A stretch of DNA of 64,000 bases, from the IMG/VR virus record IMGVR_UViG_3300013121_000027, positions 128,001 to 192,000 of that record. One strand, 5' to 3'. Shown one piece after another: positions 29,911-41,600 of the stretch. Origin of the DNA: a virus (lineage: Duplodnaviria > Caudoviricetes). The notes below the pieces were generated by a model. The model saw nothing but the letters and a program-made list of their open reading frames with translations. It ran no database searches and was not told where the DNA came from. Every line of letters starts with the position of its first letter. The first letter of the stretch is position 1. A program made the position numbers and the translations under genes.

Positions 29911-32900
29911 TTAATTTCCTCCATTCTCAGGGAGTTGATTTGTTGCGTCATTACGCCAATTATTATTCCAAATAGAGTCTTTCATTTCCACATTACCATA
30001 ACCAGTCATAACCATTTCCCAGTTAACCGTATATGGTCTACCATCTGGTAAATATTGATCAAAAGAAATGGGTGGATATTGGCTCGCATACCCCTTTAGG
30101 ATATTTAATGCTTGACCAGACTCAGTGCCAAGTGGAACATTATTAAAAACTAATCCCACATATCTATCAAAGGATTTTAAGTGCCTCTTGTCGAATCTTA
30201 TGGCTACTTTTCTATTTTCTGGATTCGCAAATTTATTACGCAGATACTGCAAAGCCATTTTTCCCAAATCGTTATCTGGAATAAAATCAGTTTCATCAAT
30301 TGATGTATACGGCTTATCGTGATATTGCAATTCGTAAGTGTTGACTATATTCATTCTTACCTTAACTACATTACCAGCTGAGAAAAATCCTCCACCATCA
30401 ACTATCTTAACGTTAAGAGTGTCACCGTCTTCAACTCCAATCCACTGCTGCCCATCGATAGTTTCTCCTTCGGATCCAATTATGATACCGGTAGCAACAA
30501 TGTAATTCTCATTTGCCACATCTTGAACGTCTCTACCAGCAATTTTAAGAATGTTTGCATTTACTTGATTAACAAACCAAGAGGTATCTCTATAGAGAGA
30601 TACAGTCTCTACTTCAGACCATCCTAATGCCCCAAGTAAATCATTCGTGGTGATTCTAAAATGTCCATTCTCCATTACATTAACCATTCCAGAACCGACA
30701 CCCATTACTGACGGAAGTAATTTGATAGTATGATTTGTGCCAACCGCAACACCTTGATAGTAACCTAATCCAGCATCCATTGGTTGCCCATCTTTGTTAA
30801 GATACTGAATATATAATCCATGTTGATCTATTAGATTTTCTTTGACCCATTCCCACCCTTTCCAAATAAGATCCCCAACAGCCCAACCGGCAGTGGCGCC
30901 GACTATAGTTCCGCCGCCAGGCTCAATAAGCGTACCAATTGCAGCACCGCCAACCGTTAATCCGGCAGTAGCAAGGGCTAAACCTATATCAAGTTTTGCA
31001 GCTTGATTCATTGCTTCGTCTCTCGCGGATAGACCTTTTATACCTTCAGCCGCAAATACGGCACCAAGATCTCTAATAACAGCGGTGTTACCATGGGTAT
31101 ATTGCCATGATCCATGGATCTGTGTGCTCATATTCTTATAGATATCATCTGTAGTGATAGATTCTGTAGCATGAGCTATTGCTCTATCTGTAGTAATGCC
31201 TAAGTAAGCACGCATGTCATCCCTAAGATTATAATTAGACATTTTAGCCCAAGCATAAGAGAGAAGGGAATATCTTACTGGATCATTAACTGAAATAAGT
31301 GGATTGGGGGTTATTGCGGTAACAAAACCGGTTTCTGGAGTAAAGTGATGAATCACTCTTTGAGCTTCAACTACGCCATACATTCTTTCATAGACATCAG
31401 CTATGTAAACCAGGTCAAACGGTCTTATATCGGGATCCCCAATAATGAGAAGCTCACCTTGATAAATTTGCTTTAGACTTTCCCTTAGATGATAAAGGGC
31501 AACTCTTCTTGCAGAAAGTTCATCAGATGATCCTGTAGAAATTTTAGCAACAGCCCTCAAAGATTCTATTGGATGCATGAGAGGTTGTAAAAACCCGAAA
31601 AATCCATTTCCAACCGCGTTATCCCAAAGTAATCCAGTTTCAACAGTTTTTTCCACTTGCCTTTCTGGTGAAACGCCTTTATCGAAGTGGACGGTTACAG
31701 GATGTTTACCACTGGTCGTCGCCGTTATAACGGTTGCAACGCCCTGTAGGTTTTCTTTAATTCCGTTGCTAAGGATGTTATCAAACGAGCTTGTGTAATG
31801 AATTCTTTGAAATGGCTCTCTTATTTCTATAACCGGTTCGCCATATTCTCTGGTGAATGGATTATCAACAAGCCTCAAAATGTCATCTTGATTTGTGCCA
31901 AGTTTATAATATATAGAATCATTTAACGATGCATTTAAAATATTTGCTTGTTTTTGATATGTTCCGCTCATGCTAAGAGCATTGCCGACTTGGGTAAGGG
32001 ACATTCTAATGGAAGAAATAAAGCCAGTTATGGTATTGGCTATTAAACCAAGAACCTGCCCAATATTTTTGTCGAACCAATCAGTTATATCTTCTATTGT
32101 TCCACTAACAAAGTTATGCGCATCTTTTCCTGCTTTTGCGTTAGCTGTCATCCATTGTTTTGTCGATTTAGAAGTAACTAATCCACTATCAGGATCGATT
32201 TCTACATCAGTCCCAACTAAAAATCTTTCGAATGCGGAAATTACTTTATCCCAACCCCAATGATTAGAGTTATCGCCAAGAGGATTTAATGTATCGCCAA
32301 GTCCATCTCCAACCTTATCAACAACAGCGATAACCCATGCTCTATTGTATGGGTCTTGCCATAAAAATCTTATAAATAAATCCCAAGTATCGTCAAACTT
32401 AGCCAGCATTTCTTGCATAGGGAAGTATTGAATGTATATGTCATTCGCTTTTTCTGATATTCCTTCAGCTTTATTTCTTAACGTCTCCCATATATCACTG
32501 GCTTCATGTAATGATCTATTTGAATTCATTGAATCAACAGTGCCAGAATAATTTTCATCAAATGCTTTTCTGGTTAATTCTCCTATTTTATCCACGCCAT
32601 ATCCAGTTTCTGGATCTATCCAAATAGGAATAGTTGAGAATTTCCAACCAAACTGAAAGGCGAAGGTGATAGGATCCCTATTTAATAAATCAGTAAAGGC
32701 ACTGCGATCAGAAGCTGACAGCGTTTCCATATAAGCTTCTACGGTGTTTTCTGGCTTATCGACTGTACCAGTAAATAAATTAGGGGCACTGCTGCTGCTC
32801 GTATACCCCTGCATCCCTGCTTTTTCCCAAGACTTTTGTAGAGCTTCCAATCCAGTTGTTATAGTTTTGTCTGCTTGATCGACTCTTTCTGCGTAACTTG

Positions 32901-35900
32901 CTATGACAGCCTCTACGAATGCTCTAATCGTTGCTTCATCCGTATTCTTCTTATCACTGGCTGTCTTTAATGCTATTTCCGCATAATCCACATCCAGAAC
33001 CACTGGAGCCCTAGTACCTAAATCTGTGCTTGCCTGAAATACTAAAAGCGGAGCGACATCCACTAATTGTTTGACCTGTTCATAAGGTAAAACGCCAAGT
33101 TCTGATTCTCCCAAAACCTTATAAAAACGTTCTAAAATGCCATTTTTATCTTGTCCAGACTGAATTAAGGCGTCTAATCTTTGAAGCTCAGCCGCTATCT
33201 CTTCTTGACTGGTCAGATACACCCCTAAATCGGTATCGCCAATAATATGATAAGGGTCAAATTGTCCCGTATCAGTAAAGTTAAGAATATCTCTTAATCC
33301 TTTGGCTTTGTCTATAGTTTTTGTTATTTGCGCGGCGCTTTTATCCATCTCGCGTCTTGTATCGGCAAGAAGACTCTGAGCAACAGCATCTGCTTTATCT
33401 ATAAGTGGTCTTAAATTTGGATTTTTAGGAATACCAGTAGTGACGGGGATTACACCAGATGTATATAGCCAATGTGGTTTACCATAGAATAAGGTTGATC
33501 TATCTTCAAATGGACGAACTGCGATAATATAATTAGGAAGAAGCGCAGCACAAAGCTCAAACATATCCCAAACGCTCTTCATATATGTAGAAGCCCTAAA
33601 TGATACCTCATCAAAACCCTGGATATCATCATCTGATGCATAGGCAGCTAACCCAAGCAAATGACCTATTGGATTACCGGGCGAAGCAAGACGACCTATT
33701 CCACCAACTAGTTTTTTACCAAGAGATAATCCCAAACCAATCTTACCATATCCCGGTATTGGAAGTATTGCTTTAAAAAGCAGATCTATCCCCGGAATAT
33801 TTCCTACAAGTGGTATTTCATGTATAAGGTGTGATGTGAAATTATCAAACGAATTAAGGGCATTCAATCCCATTTTGATTGGGGATAATAACCCATCAAT
33901 AATTCCAGAATTGCCAAATTCATTACTTGTATCTACAAATAATTTTTGAGAATTTAAATTGGCATCGTGGAGCAGATCCAAAATCTCACTATCGGTTTCT
34001 TGCCCGCCAGCAACAAGAACTTGCCATATATCCGCTATATCTTCTCGATTAGCTTCTGTATCTACCTTAATTGAATTTTGTTGTTCCTTAGTTAAAGTTA
34101 TATCACCAGTTTGCGTATCTACCGTATTAAGCTTCGCAACCTTTTGTCCATTTGCATCATTATAATAAGTTATAGCTGACGTAATTGTTATACCGGCATC
34201 AATCTGATCCCCACCCATAAATTGAGCAATTCCAGTACCATTTCCTGGATAAATATTCCTTTTAAAAATTTCATAGTCTCTTTTTGCAAATGAATTAATC
34301 CATAATAATTGACCTATCTGCATCATGGTACTATTTAGATTAAGATTCGTACCAACCGCCGCATTACTCAAAATTTTAGCTATGTCAACACTTGCACTTA
34401 TAGTAGGACCTATAAGTCCAGTAAATCCGGTAGTATCAGCCGTGCTTTGCATAGCTTCCCCCACCTTACCGAGAACTGTAGCGGTATCCTGACCTTCATT
34501 ACTTGACATTGGTTCATATAGCATAGAACCAAAATGTCTTATGCCAAATCTTGAATCAGAGAAAAGAACACCTTTAGATCCCCAAGAAACCCATTCCTTA
34601 AACTTACTTGAACCCATCGTTAATAATCTAACGATCAAGTCTCTTGGTTCTGACATCCATAGATTAGACAATCCGCCGTCAAGCTTACCGCTACTACCTT
34701 TGGGATCATTTGTATTAACTAATCCACTAAACTCAACAGCATCAGATTGAGCAATAATAGTCATTATATCGCCAGGTTCGACTTCCGTAATAACGCCGTT
34801 GAAAATAGTTTGAAGGGCGTTAGGGTTAGCGGAATACCCTGCTCTTAAATGGATTCTTACTCCAGGCTTTAGTCTAATATTATTGATCTCGAAAATCGTA
34901 TCCTTTAATCCACTCTCTATATTCCTTTGACGATTTTCCATTGTTGAGATCCATTGACCTACAGCAGTTTCGTATAAGGGATCATCTTCGGTGATGATTT
35001 GTTCGCGATAGGGAGTAGTTAATTTTTGATAGATATTACTTAGTCTTAAAACAAGAGTATCTTCTAATGGCTTTTCCGATTGCGAAACAGAGAAATCTAT
35101 AACGGAATTTAGTCCATAAAAATTATCAAATAATTTGATACCAGCGAATTTTCCACCCTCATCAATTAGCCATAGCATATAGGTAGGGAATGCCCTGAGC
35201 ATTCTACCTCTTATATTCCTATAAGAATAATCTTGCATTATAGCTTCATATTGTTGATTGGGATTTTTTGCTTTATCCAAATACTCTCTTTGATAATCGG
35301 ATAGTCCAGAAAGACTTGAATCTGATTTGATATCTTTAAGATTACTGGATGCTAAATCCTCATTTAAATATGATATACCAGTCGAGTATTCAACTTCATT
35401 AGTTCTCGTATTCTTTGTTCCAAGCGCAAAAAAACCACCTTCAAAAAAGGATAGAATAGTGGCTTCTTCTTTATTGTTATCATTATAGCTTCCAAGATAA
35501 ATTGTATATTCCGGTTCGGGCATTGCATTATCGCCCTTATAATTTGGATCCATGTTATTGCCACCGCGAGAAAGATGACCGTCTGCTAATTGCCAATAAC
35601 TTGGGATTTTCCCGCCCGCATCAATTAAGTCTTTTAGTTTAGCTTCCAAATTAGTCATTTGATTAGTGAGCATATTTCGAATTGGGACATCTAAAGATCC
35701 GTCATCTGCAGATAATTGCGCCTGAATCTTGGCGATTTCCTGAATATAATTCATTGCATCTGAATCAAAACCCCACTTAAAGATGTCGGTATCGTCATTG
35801 CTCGTTTTGAATGCTCTGAAATACCAATCAGGATCAAGATGTCCTACTAATTTTCCATCTTCATCTATAATCTCCAATGGAAAATCAGGATATCCATTAA

Positions 35901-38214
35901 AAGCGCCCCATATCTGCTTAAGTCTTAGGAATGGATTTCTTTTCCCTGCTAATTCAACCATTTCACGTTGTTGATCGGAAGACAGTCTTTCGCGTTCTCC
36001 CTGCATTACATCAAAATCTATAAATGAAAGTCTAACTTTATAAACGTGCGGAAAATTAGGAACTGTTTCAGTTTCAAAATCAAGAGGTAGAACATATTTT
36101 ACTCCACATAACGCAGTTAATATATTTTTGACTCCAAGAAATCCTAATACACCATGAGCTTTTTCTATTCGCGCTAAACCATTTACATGCTCAAATAATC
36201 TTCTAAATTTAATAAGATTTTCTTCACCTATAACAGTCATGTCTACTTGAACGGTAGAATCCCCACCGCCAATATGTTGATACGTTGGTTCGTCTTGTAA
36301 TTGAACCTGTAGTCTGGCAAAATTATTAGAAAGCGAAACAGCAACACCATTAACTATACAATGAGACCAATCAACCATCATCTGATCCATTGGAACTTTC
36401 CACTCTTTAATTGTATAGTTGGCATAATTTGTACGACTATTTTTTATTTCATTGAGAGATGAATCATCTTGAAGAAGCGAACCGTAAATAGCAAAAAACC
36501 ATTCTTCCTTCAGCATTGCTCTTATTGCTGTTTCGCTACTGGTAGTTATCGTGCCGTCTCTTAAGCCATCTGTTATTTGTTTATCTATAAATTCCTGCAT
36601 TTTTTGAGGATTCATAGAATTCCAAGCAATTTTATTAGCATTGAGCCATTGTTGTAACACTTTAGCTTGATTGCGATACTTAGAATATCTATAAGCCCTG
36701 TCATAATCAACTAAACTAAACGATGGAGAATTGATTATATCTAATCCAATTAAACTTAGAACGCCATCCCAAATATCTTTTGTTATAACAAGATCTTCGC
36801 CTGGTTGTCTAAAATCTGTTGTATCTGGAGCGAAAATTCTTGATGGGTCTGAGATTGGATAATAGAATCTAAAGTTTCTACCATCGGCAATATCGTCTAC
36901 TTTACTGAATCTTGCAATTGGATCGTTTTCGATCCCAACACCACCCGAGACATTCGGAATGGGTCCTTCCATCGTCGTTGTTTTTACCTTTTCTACCAAA
37001 AATCCTTGACTGACTCTCGATTCTAATCTTGTAGCCGCACGACCCATATACTGTCTAAATTTACCCCAGTGTATAGCTTGGTCAAAGTCTTGAATCATCG
37101 GCATCAGTGGTGCATAATTGTATTTTGCTAATTCTAGATTAACAGAAACAACGAATGGAAAATCCGGGACTGTTGAAACAGTCATCCCCATAAGTGCAAC
37201 TGCATCTATATCAAATGTTCTATTTAAAAACTCATTTTTAATAGGAAGAATAGGGGAATATTTAAATTGGGTGATTAATCCCCTCAATGAAGATAAATAT
37301 GAATCAATAACATAATCAGGAACGAGTGATCTTACTGTCTGATATTTATCACCAGCTGGACCACTTAAATCTTTTCTTATAATCGGATTCGGATCCCAGT
37401 TAAAGAAATCTATATCTCTTGCCGTATCTCCTTTAAAACCCCAAATTGTTTCATGATTAGGAAAATAAAGACTAACAGTAATCGAAGTTTCGCTATGTCC
37501 GAGATTTGTTTTAGATGAGTTCTGCTGTCTTAGAGTTCCACCACTTAAAGAACCTGCCGTAAAACCTTGATGAACCGAAATGCTTGTAGGCGGAACAAAA
37601 AAAGTTGATCCACCTATTCGACATTGGTAAGGTTTTGTTAACGCTGGTCCAGTATCCTCTCTGAATTTGCCATTATTGCGAAGAAAAATATTTCTTATTT
37701 TTTTATCGGTATCAAGATAATCAAAATATCCAGTAAATCCCTCACCCATTTGCGCTATTTTAGCATTGATTTCATCTGTTATAAGATCATATGGATCTAC
37801 ATTTGGTGGAGTGCTGGCTCTTGTCGCTTTATATTGTTTATACTCTTCAAGTATATATTGAAGCCTATATCCCTTAAGTGCGCTTTGATCGTTATCAAAA
37901 CCAAATTGTGGAATATCAACTGTGGAAGTATATTTCTGAATGAGACTCATTGCGCGAGTCTCATCTGCTAAAAGTAGATCAAGCATTCGCGTTTCGTATG
38001 GATTAAGATCATCGTTCTTTATTAATTTTTGATAGGTATTTTCCGGATTTTTAGCCAACATAAGAAAGTCGTTAAAAACCACTCTAACAGCCTGTTTATC
38101 GCCCTCGTTAAGCGCAGCGTAAGAAGTATATCCTCCACTTATAAAATTAGCAGCGATATAATCTTGTAGACTTTTCGTCCTGCCTTTATCTAAATCAGTT
38201 TCTGCGTTAGACAT
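29911..38214 (-). CDS. Giant baseplate hub (gp27/gpD/VgrG-like) protein with glycine-zipper segment and C-terminal thermonuclease-like domain
   Basis: LKPGVRIHLRAGY...IFNGVITEV...AQSD and GELLIIGDPDIRPFDLVYI...VIHHFTPETGFVT hub motifs; SNase-like VEDGDT..VRM..VNTYE..FDRYVG..VNWEMV.TGYG. Confidence 0.75.
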   Translation of the reverse strand: MSNAETDLDKGRTKSLQDYIAANFISGGYTSYAALNEGDKQAVRVVFNDFLMLAKNPENTYQKLIKNDDLNPYETRMLDLLLADETRAMSLIQKYTSTVDIPQFGFDNDQSALKGYRLQYILEEYKQYKATRASTPPNVDPYDLITDEINAKIAQMGEGFTGYFDYLDTDKKIRNIFLRNNGKFREDTGPALTKPYQCRIGGSTFFVPPTSISVHQGFTAGSLSGGTLRQQNSSKTNLGHSETSITVSLYFPNHETIWGFKGDTARDIDFFNWDPNPIIRKDLSGPAGDKYQTVRSLVPDYVIDSYLSSLRGLITQFKYSPILPIKNEFLNRTFDIDAVALMGMTVSTVPDFPFVVSVNLELAKYNYAPLMPMIQDFDQAIHWGKFRQYMGRAATRLESRVSQGFLVEKVKTTTMEGPIPNVSGGVGIENDPIARFSKVDDIADGRNFRFYYPISDPSRIFAPDTTDFRQPGEDLVITKDIWDGVLSLIGLDIINSPSFSLVDYDRAYRYSKYRNQAKVLQQWLNANKIAWNSMNPQKMQEFIDKQITDGLRDGTITTSSETAIRAMLKEEWFFAIYGSLLQDDSSLNEIKNSRTNYANYTIKEWKVPMDQMMVDWSHCIVNGVAVSLSNNFARLQVQLQDEPTYQHIGGGDSTVQVDMTVIGEENLIKFRRLFEHVNGLARIEKAHGVLGFLGVKNILTALCGVKYVLPLDFETETVPNFPHVYKVRLSFIDFDVMQGERERLSSDQQREMVELAGKRNPFLRLKQIWGAFNGYPDFPLEIIDEDGKLVGHLDPDWYFRAFKTSNDDTDIFKWGFDSDAMNYIQEIAKIQAQLSADDGSLDVPIRNMLTNQMTNLEAKLKDLIDAGGKIPSYWQLADGHLSRGGNNMDPNYKGDNAMPEPEYTIYLGSYNDNNKEEATILSFFEGGFFALGTKNTRTNEVEYSTGISYLNEDLASSNLKDIKSDSSLSGLSDYQREYLDKAKNPNQQYEAIMQDYSYRNIRGRMLRAFPTYMLWLIDEGGKFAGIKLFDNFYGLNSVIDFSVSQSEKPLEDTLVLRLSNIYQKLTTPYREQIITEDDPLYETAVGQWISTMENRQRNIESGLKDTIFEINNIRLKPGVRIHLRAGYSANPNALQTIFNGVITEVEPGDIMTIIAQSDAVEFSGLVNTNDPKGSSGKLDGGLSNLWMSEPRDLIVRLLTMGSSKFKEWVSWGSKGVLFSDSRFGIRHFGSMLYEPMSSNEGQDTATVLGKVGEAMQSTADTTGFTGLIGPTISASVDIAKILSNAAVGTNLNLNSTMMQIGQLLWINSFAKRDYEIFKRNIYPGNGTGIAQFMGGDQIDAGITITSAITYYNDANGQKVAKLNTVDTQTGDITLTKEQQNSIKVDTEANREDIADIWQVLVAGGQETDSEILDLLHDANLNSQKLFVDTSNEFGNSGIIDGLLSPIKMGLNALNSFDNFTSHLIHEIPLVGNIPGIDLLFKAILPIPGYGKIGLGLSLGKKLVGGIGRLASPGNPIGHLLGLAAYASDDDIQGFDEVSFRASTYMKSVWDMFELCAALLPNYIIAVRPFEDRSTLFYGKPHWLYTSGVIPVTTGIPKNPNLRPLIDKADAVAQSLLADTRREMDKSAAQITKTIDKAKGLRDILNFTDTGQFDPYHIIGDTDLGVYLTSQEEIAAELQRLDALIQSGQDKNGILERFYKVLGESELGVLPYEQVKQLVDVAPLLVFQASTDLGTRAPVVLDVDYAEIALKTASDKKNTDEATIRAFVEAVIASYAERVDQADKTITTGLEALQKSWEKAGMQGYTSSSSAPNLFTGTVDKPENTVEAYMETLSASDRSAFTDLLNRDPITFAFQFGWKFSTIPIWIDPETGYGVDKIGELTRKAFDENYSGTVDSMNSNRSLHEASDIWETLRNKAEGISEKANDIYIQYFPMQEMLAKFDDTWDLFIRFLWQDPYNRAWVIAVVDKVGDGLGDTLNPLGDNSNHWGWDKVISAFERFLVGTDVEIDPDSGLVTSKSTKQWMTANAKAGKDAHNFVSGTIEDITDWFDKNIGQVLGLIANTITGFISSIRMSLTQVGNALSMSGTYQKQANILNASLNDSIYYKLGTNQDDILRLVDNPFTREYGEPVIEIREPFQRIHYTSSFDNILSNGIKENLQGVATVITATTSGKHPVTVHFDKGVSPERQVEKTVETGLLWDNAVGNGFFGFLQPLMHPIESLRAVAKISTGSSDELSARRVALYHLRESLKQIYQGELLIIGDPDIRPFDLVYIADVYERMYGVVEAQRVIHHFTPETGFVTAITPNPLISVNDPVRYSLLSYAWAKMSNYNLRDDMRAYLGITTDRAIAHATESITTDDIYKNMSTQIHGSWQYTHGNTAVIRDLGAVFAAEGIKGLSARDEAMNQAAKLDIGLALATAGLTVGGAAIGTLIEPGGGTIVGATAGWAVGDLIWKGWEWVKENLIDQHGLYIQYLNKDGQPMDAGLGYYQGVAVGTNHTIKLLPSVMGVGSGMVNVMENGHFRITTNDLLGALGWSEVETVSLYRDTSWFVNQVNANILKIAGRDVQDVANENYIVATGIIIGSEGETIDGQQWIGVEDGDTLNVKIVDGGGFFSAGNVVKVRMNIVNTYELQYHDKPYTSIDETDFIPDNDLGKMALQYLRNKFANPENRKVAIRFDKRHLKSFDRYVGLVFNNVPLGTESGQALNILKGYASQYPPISFDQYLPDGRPYTVNWEMVMTGYGNVEMKDSIWNNNWRNDATNQLPENGGN

Positions 38215-38219
38215 AAATC

Positions 38220-38636
38220 TTATCCTATCTTCTTCTTAAGAATAGAAATAGAACTATCTTTTGAAGAAGTCAATCTACTATCGGACATCATTCGATATGG
38301 TGTCATATGCGAATTATTATTTCTATTTGGGGAAATATCAATCAATTTAGTTCTACTTTTCATTCTATCATGTTGATTCGTCGCATTCAAATAACCTGTA
38401 TCATTAGCTATTAGATGTGTACTCGGGGCATTCTTTAATCCAGCACTTGACCCTCTATTTAATTGCGCTCTTGACTTTGCAATGCGCGCAGGACCCTCAC
38501 TCGCTGGTCGAGATACTTGTTGCTGTTCAGATCCAGAAGCAACATTGAGAGCTTTTTTCATAGCTGTTGGGGTGGCTTTACTTCCTATACTTGGATTGCC
38601 AACATGCCCCAAATTAACAGGTTTACCAATAGGCAT
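38220..38636 (-). CDS. Small basic low-complexity protein (possible internal virion protein)
   Basis: 138 aa, K/R/S-rich, few acidic residues; translationally close to both giant neighbours. Confidence 0.65.
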   Translation of the reverse strand: MPIGKPVNLGHVGNPSIGSKATPTAMKKALNVASGSEQQQVSRPASEGPARIAKSRAQLNRGSSAGLKNAPSTHLIANDTGYLNATNQHDRMKSRTKLIDISPNRNNNSHMTPYRMMSDSRLTSSKDSSISILKKKIG

Positions 38637-38641
38637 AGCTT

Positions 38642-41600
38642 TTATCCAAGCCTTTCATTAAGAACATCACGAGACGAGTAAGCCGTTTTGCCAACGGTAC
38701 GGCGAGAGCTATATATATTAGTACGGCTTGATCCGCCAGTTATCTCACTTAAATTAATACTTAATCTATGAGGATCATATCCGCTCGATGTATTGACGGT
38801 ATACATCATTCCACCGCTACTTGTACCAGCTTGTGAAGGGTAAATAGAGGAGATGGCTTGCATGCCGACCGGATCGTAATCCTCATATGGACTACCTCCA
38901 GGAAGAAGAGGTGGTCCACCCATGTCTTCTGGTGCTGGGTTTTTCGCGAACCTATGAATTAAACCAATTCCCGCAAAAATCCCAAATCCATATACACTCT
39001 TTCTAAATACAGATTCACTCTTCCATAGGTCCTTAATTAGATCACGGTTTATCCTCGTCATATATTGTCTGCTAGCTCTTGGTACTTCTTCAGCTGCAGC
39101 ATCAGAAAGAGATCTTGCAGCAAATCTACCAGAACCTGGAGTTGGTTCATTTATTCCGACTTGCCCTTTCCGTGGGCGATATTTAGGCATTTTGTGAGGA
39201 AATGCAGACTTTAATTCATGAAACTCTGGCGAATCATTACTTACCCTTTCGATTATGTTATCTGCAAATTCAAGAACTTTATCCGAAGCTCTACTTCCAC
39301 CTTCTTGTACCATATTACGTTTAACAGCCTTAGCCATTTGAATCATAGATCCTCTTATCTTTGGATCATATATTTGAGCCGCATCAATGTTACCTAAGCT
39401 ATTAAGAATCTCAAGTCCGCGTTGTATTGGGTCATCTATAGCATTTGCTTTATTACCTATTACAAATCTACCTTTTCTTGTTCCCCTAAAAAATGTTCGT
39501 ATTTCGTCAAAACTTTCTATTCCGCGTAATTGAGCTATAGTTTTTGGTCGTTCAATCAATTCTCTTCGTGCTTCAGCAAGCATATCAATCATCGATCCGC
39601 CACCATCTAATCCCATATCTTCTAAGACGTTAAGGCTTATCTTGTTTTCTGCTGCTAATTTATCTATAGCTAAAATTTGTCTCTTTAATTTATGTGTTGG
39701 TATTAAGACGGTTTTATTCTTTTTGACAACCTTCTTAAAAAGCCCCATATCGTATAACTTACGAACTGCTGCAGTATGAAGTTCATCTATACCACCGGCT
39801 AAAAATTCTTCTGCACTGTCAAACTGCTCCATACCATGAATGTTCCACCGTTTCGATAATTCTGCCTCAAATGATTTCATATCAGAAATAAATTTGGAAG
39901 CATTTACTTCCTCTTCAGTGGTAAATACTAACCCACTCAATGACTTAACACGCTCTTCAAAAGCGGTTTCAATAACCGGTTTACCCATATCTGTAATATG
40001 CTCACCCAAAATAGCTTTACCTTTATAGAAGCCAGACATAGTACTTTCCTTGGTGACTTCCGTAATAGATTTAATTTTCCTTTTGGCGCCAATTTGTTCA
40101 TTATACGCTTGAATAAATCTTTGTTGAAACGGTTTTGACATTCTTGCCTGTGCCATAGCGCTATCAAAGCCAATATTAAGTTGTTCTGCGCCTACTGGTA
40201 AACTCCTATTATATCTTTCGATTAAGGCTTGAGCTTTAGCAAATGCAGCGCCAAACTTTCTTGGATTGTTGTGTAATATTTCCCTTTCCAAATCGTCAAT
40301 AAGAAAAATATTACCTGTTTTTTTAATTTCGTCTACTGTGACTTCATACTCTACGAATTGTTGTTTAGAGCTTTTTGCTATCTTAATAATTTGCGCTCTT
40401 AATTCTGGTGGAAGATTGCTATTATTTAATATATCATCCCAAGCATTGTCTAAAGCAAACCTGGCATCAGTTAATTGTCCAAGAAGTCCATTAGCTCTGG
40501 CTTCTATTCCAAGTCTATCCTCTATAAGTTTATCTAATGTTTTGCCTCTGGTTAGTCGATCTAATTCTGCTCTTTGTTCTCTGGATAAACTTGTAGCTTT
40601 AAATCTTGTATATAGGGCATCGTGCCACTCATCAGTTCCGGCAGAAATCTCAAAAGGAAAAGCTCCAGCATTGGCTCCAAGAGTCCTTTCCAGTTTTCTT
40701 TCTGAAACAATAGCGTTAGCAGCGGCGTTAGCTCGCTCCGTTGGAGTACCCCCACCAAAAGAACGACTTGTGTGGTACGAATGAGAAGCCGATGGCGTAG
40801 TATATCTATTCATAGATTCAACAGTTGTCCTCATACCTTTAGGACTTGTGTTTAGAGGCATGGCGGGACTTCCATCAGCCAGAGGGGCAGCTGGAGAGAA
40901 AGTAGACGCTAAATCAATTTTAGCTATTCTCTTATTTCTCATCATTAAAAGGTGCAACTTGCTTCGGGTACTATCCAATTCAAAGGTTGCTGTTCTAATC
41001 TTTTGAGTCAATCTTTTATAAGTTTTTTCGTAATCTGGAAGCCTTGTATCTAATGCTTCTCGCTGTAAAAAAAGATTTTCTATTTCAGATGAAAGCTTTC
41101 GCTCTTCAACTGATAACTGTCTAACTTGATTATAATTTCCTCTTAAAATATCTTTTTTACCAGATTTTGATATTTCAATATCGGGTTGATCAAAAATTCT
41201 TCTAAATGCTGAACTTTGATCTTCCGAAGTTAAATCAACATTATAATAACCAAACTCACCCTTTTCGGTTGGATCTCTTATACCGAGAGCAAAAATGCGA
41301 CGAGTTTTTTCATCATACTGCATGTGCCAAACGATACGATCGTCAAGGTCATGTCCACCGTGAAGCATACTGTGCGTTAAGAAAGATCCAGGATGTATGT
41401 GAGCAACGCCCTTCTCAAATCGAACCGTCCCAGGATCTACAAGATCTTTATTCGCCTCAGGAAAAACCGTTAAGTGAGTACCTACCGATCCCCTTATTGG
41501 GAAGTTCAGATTATAATTTGGAATTGACCTGCCACCTAATATTATTTGCTCATCATTTTTTACGGTTAAGAAATGATCTTGTACCGCATCTAATAATTGA

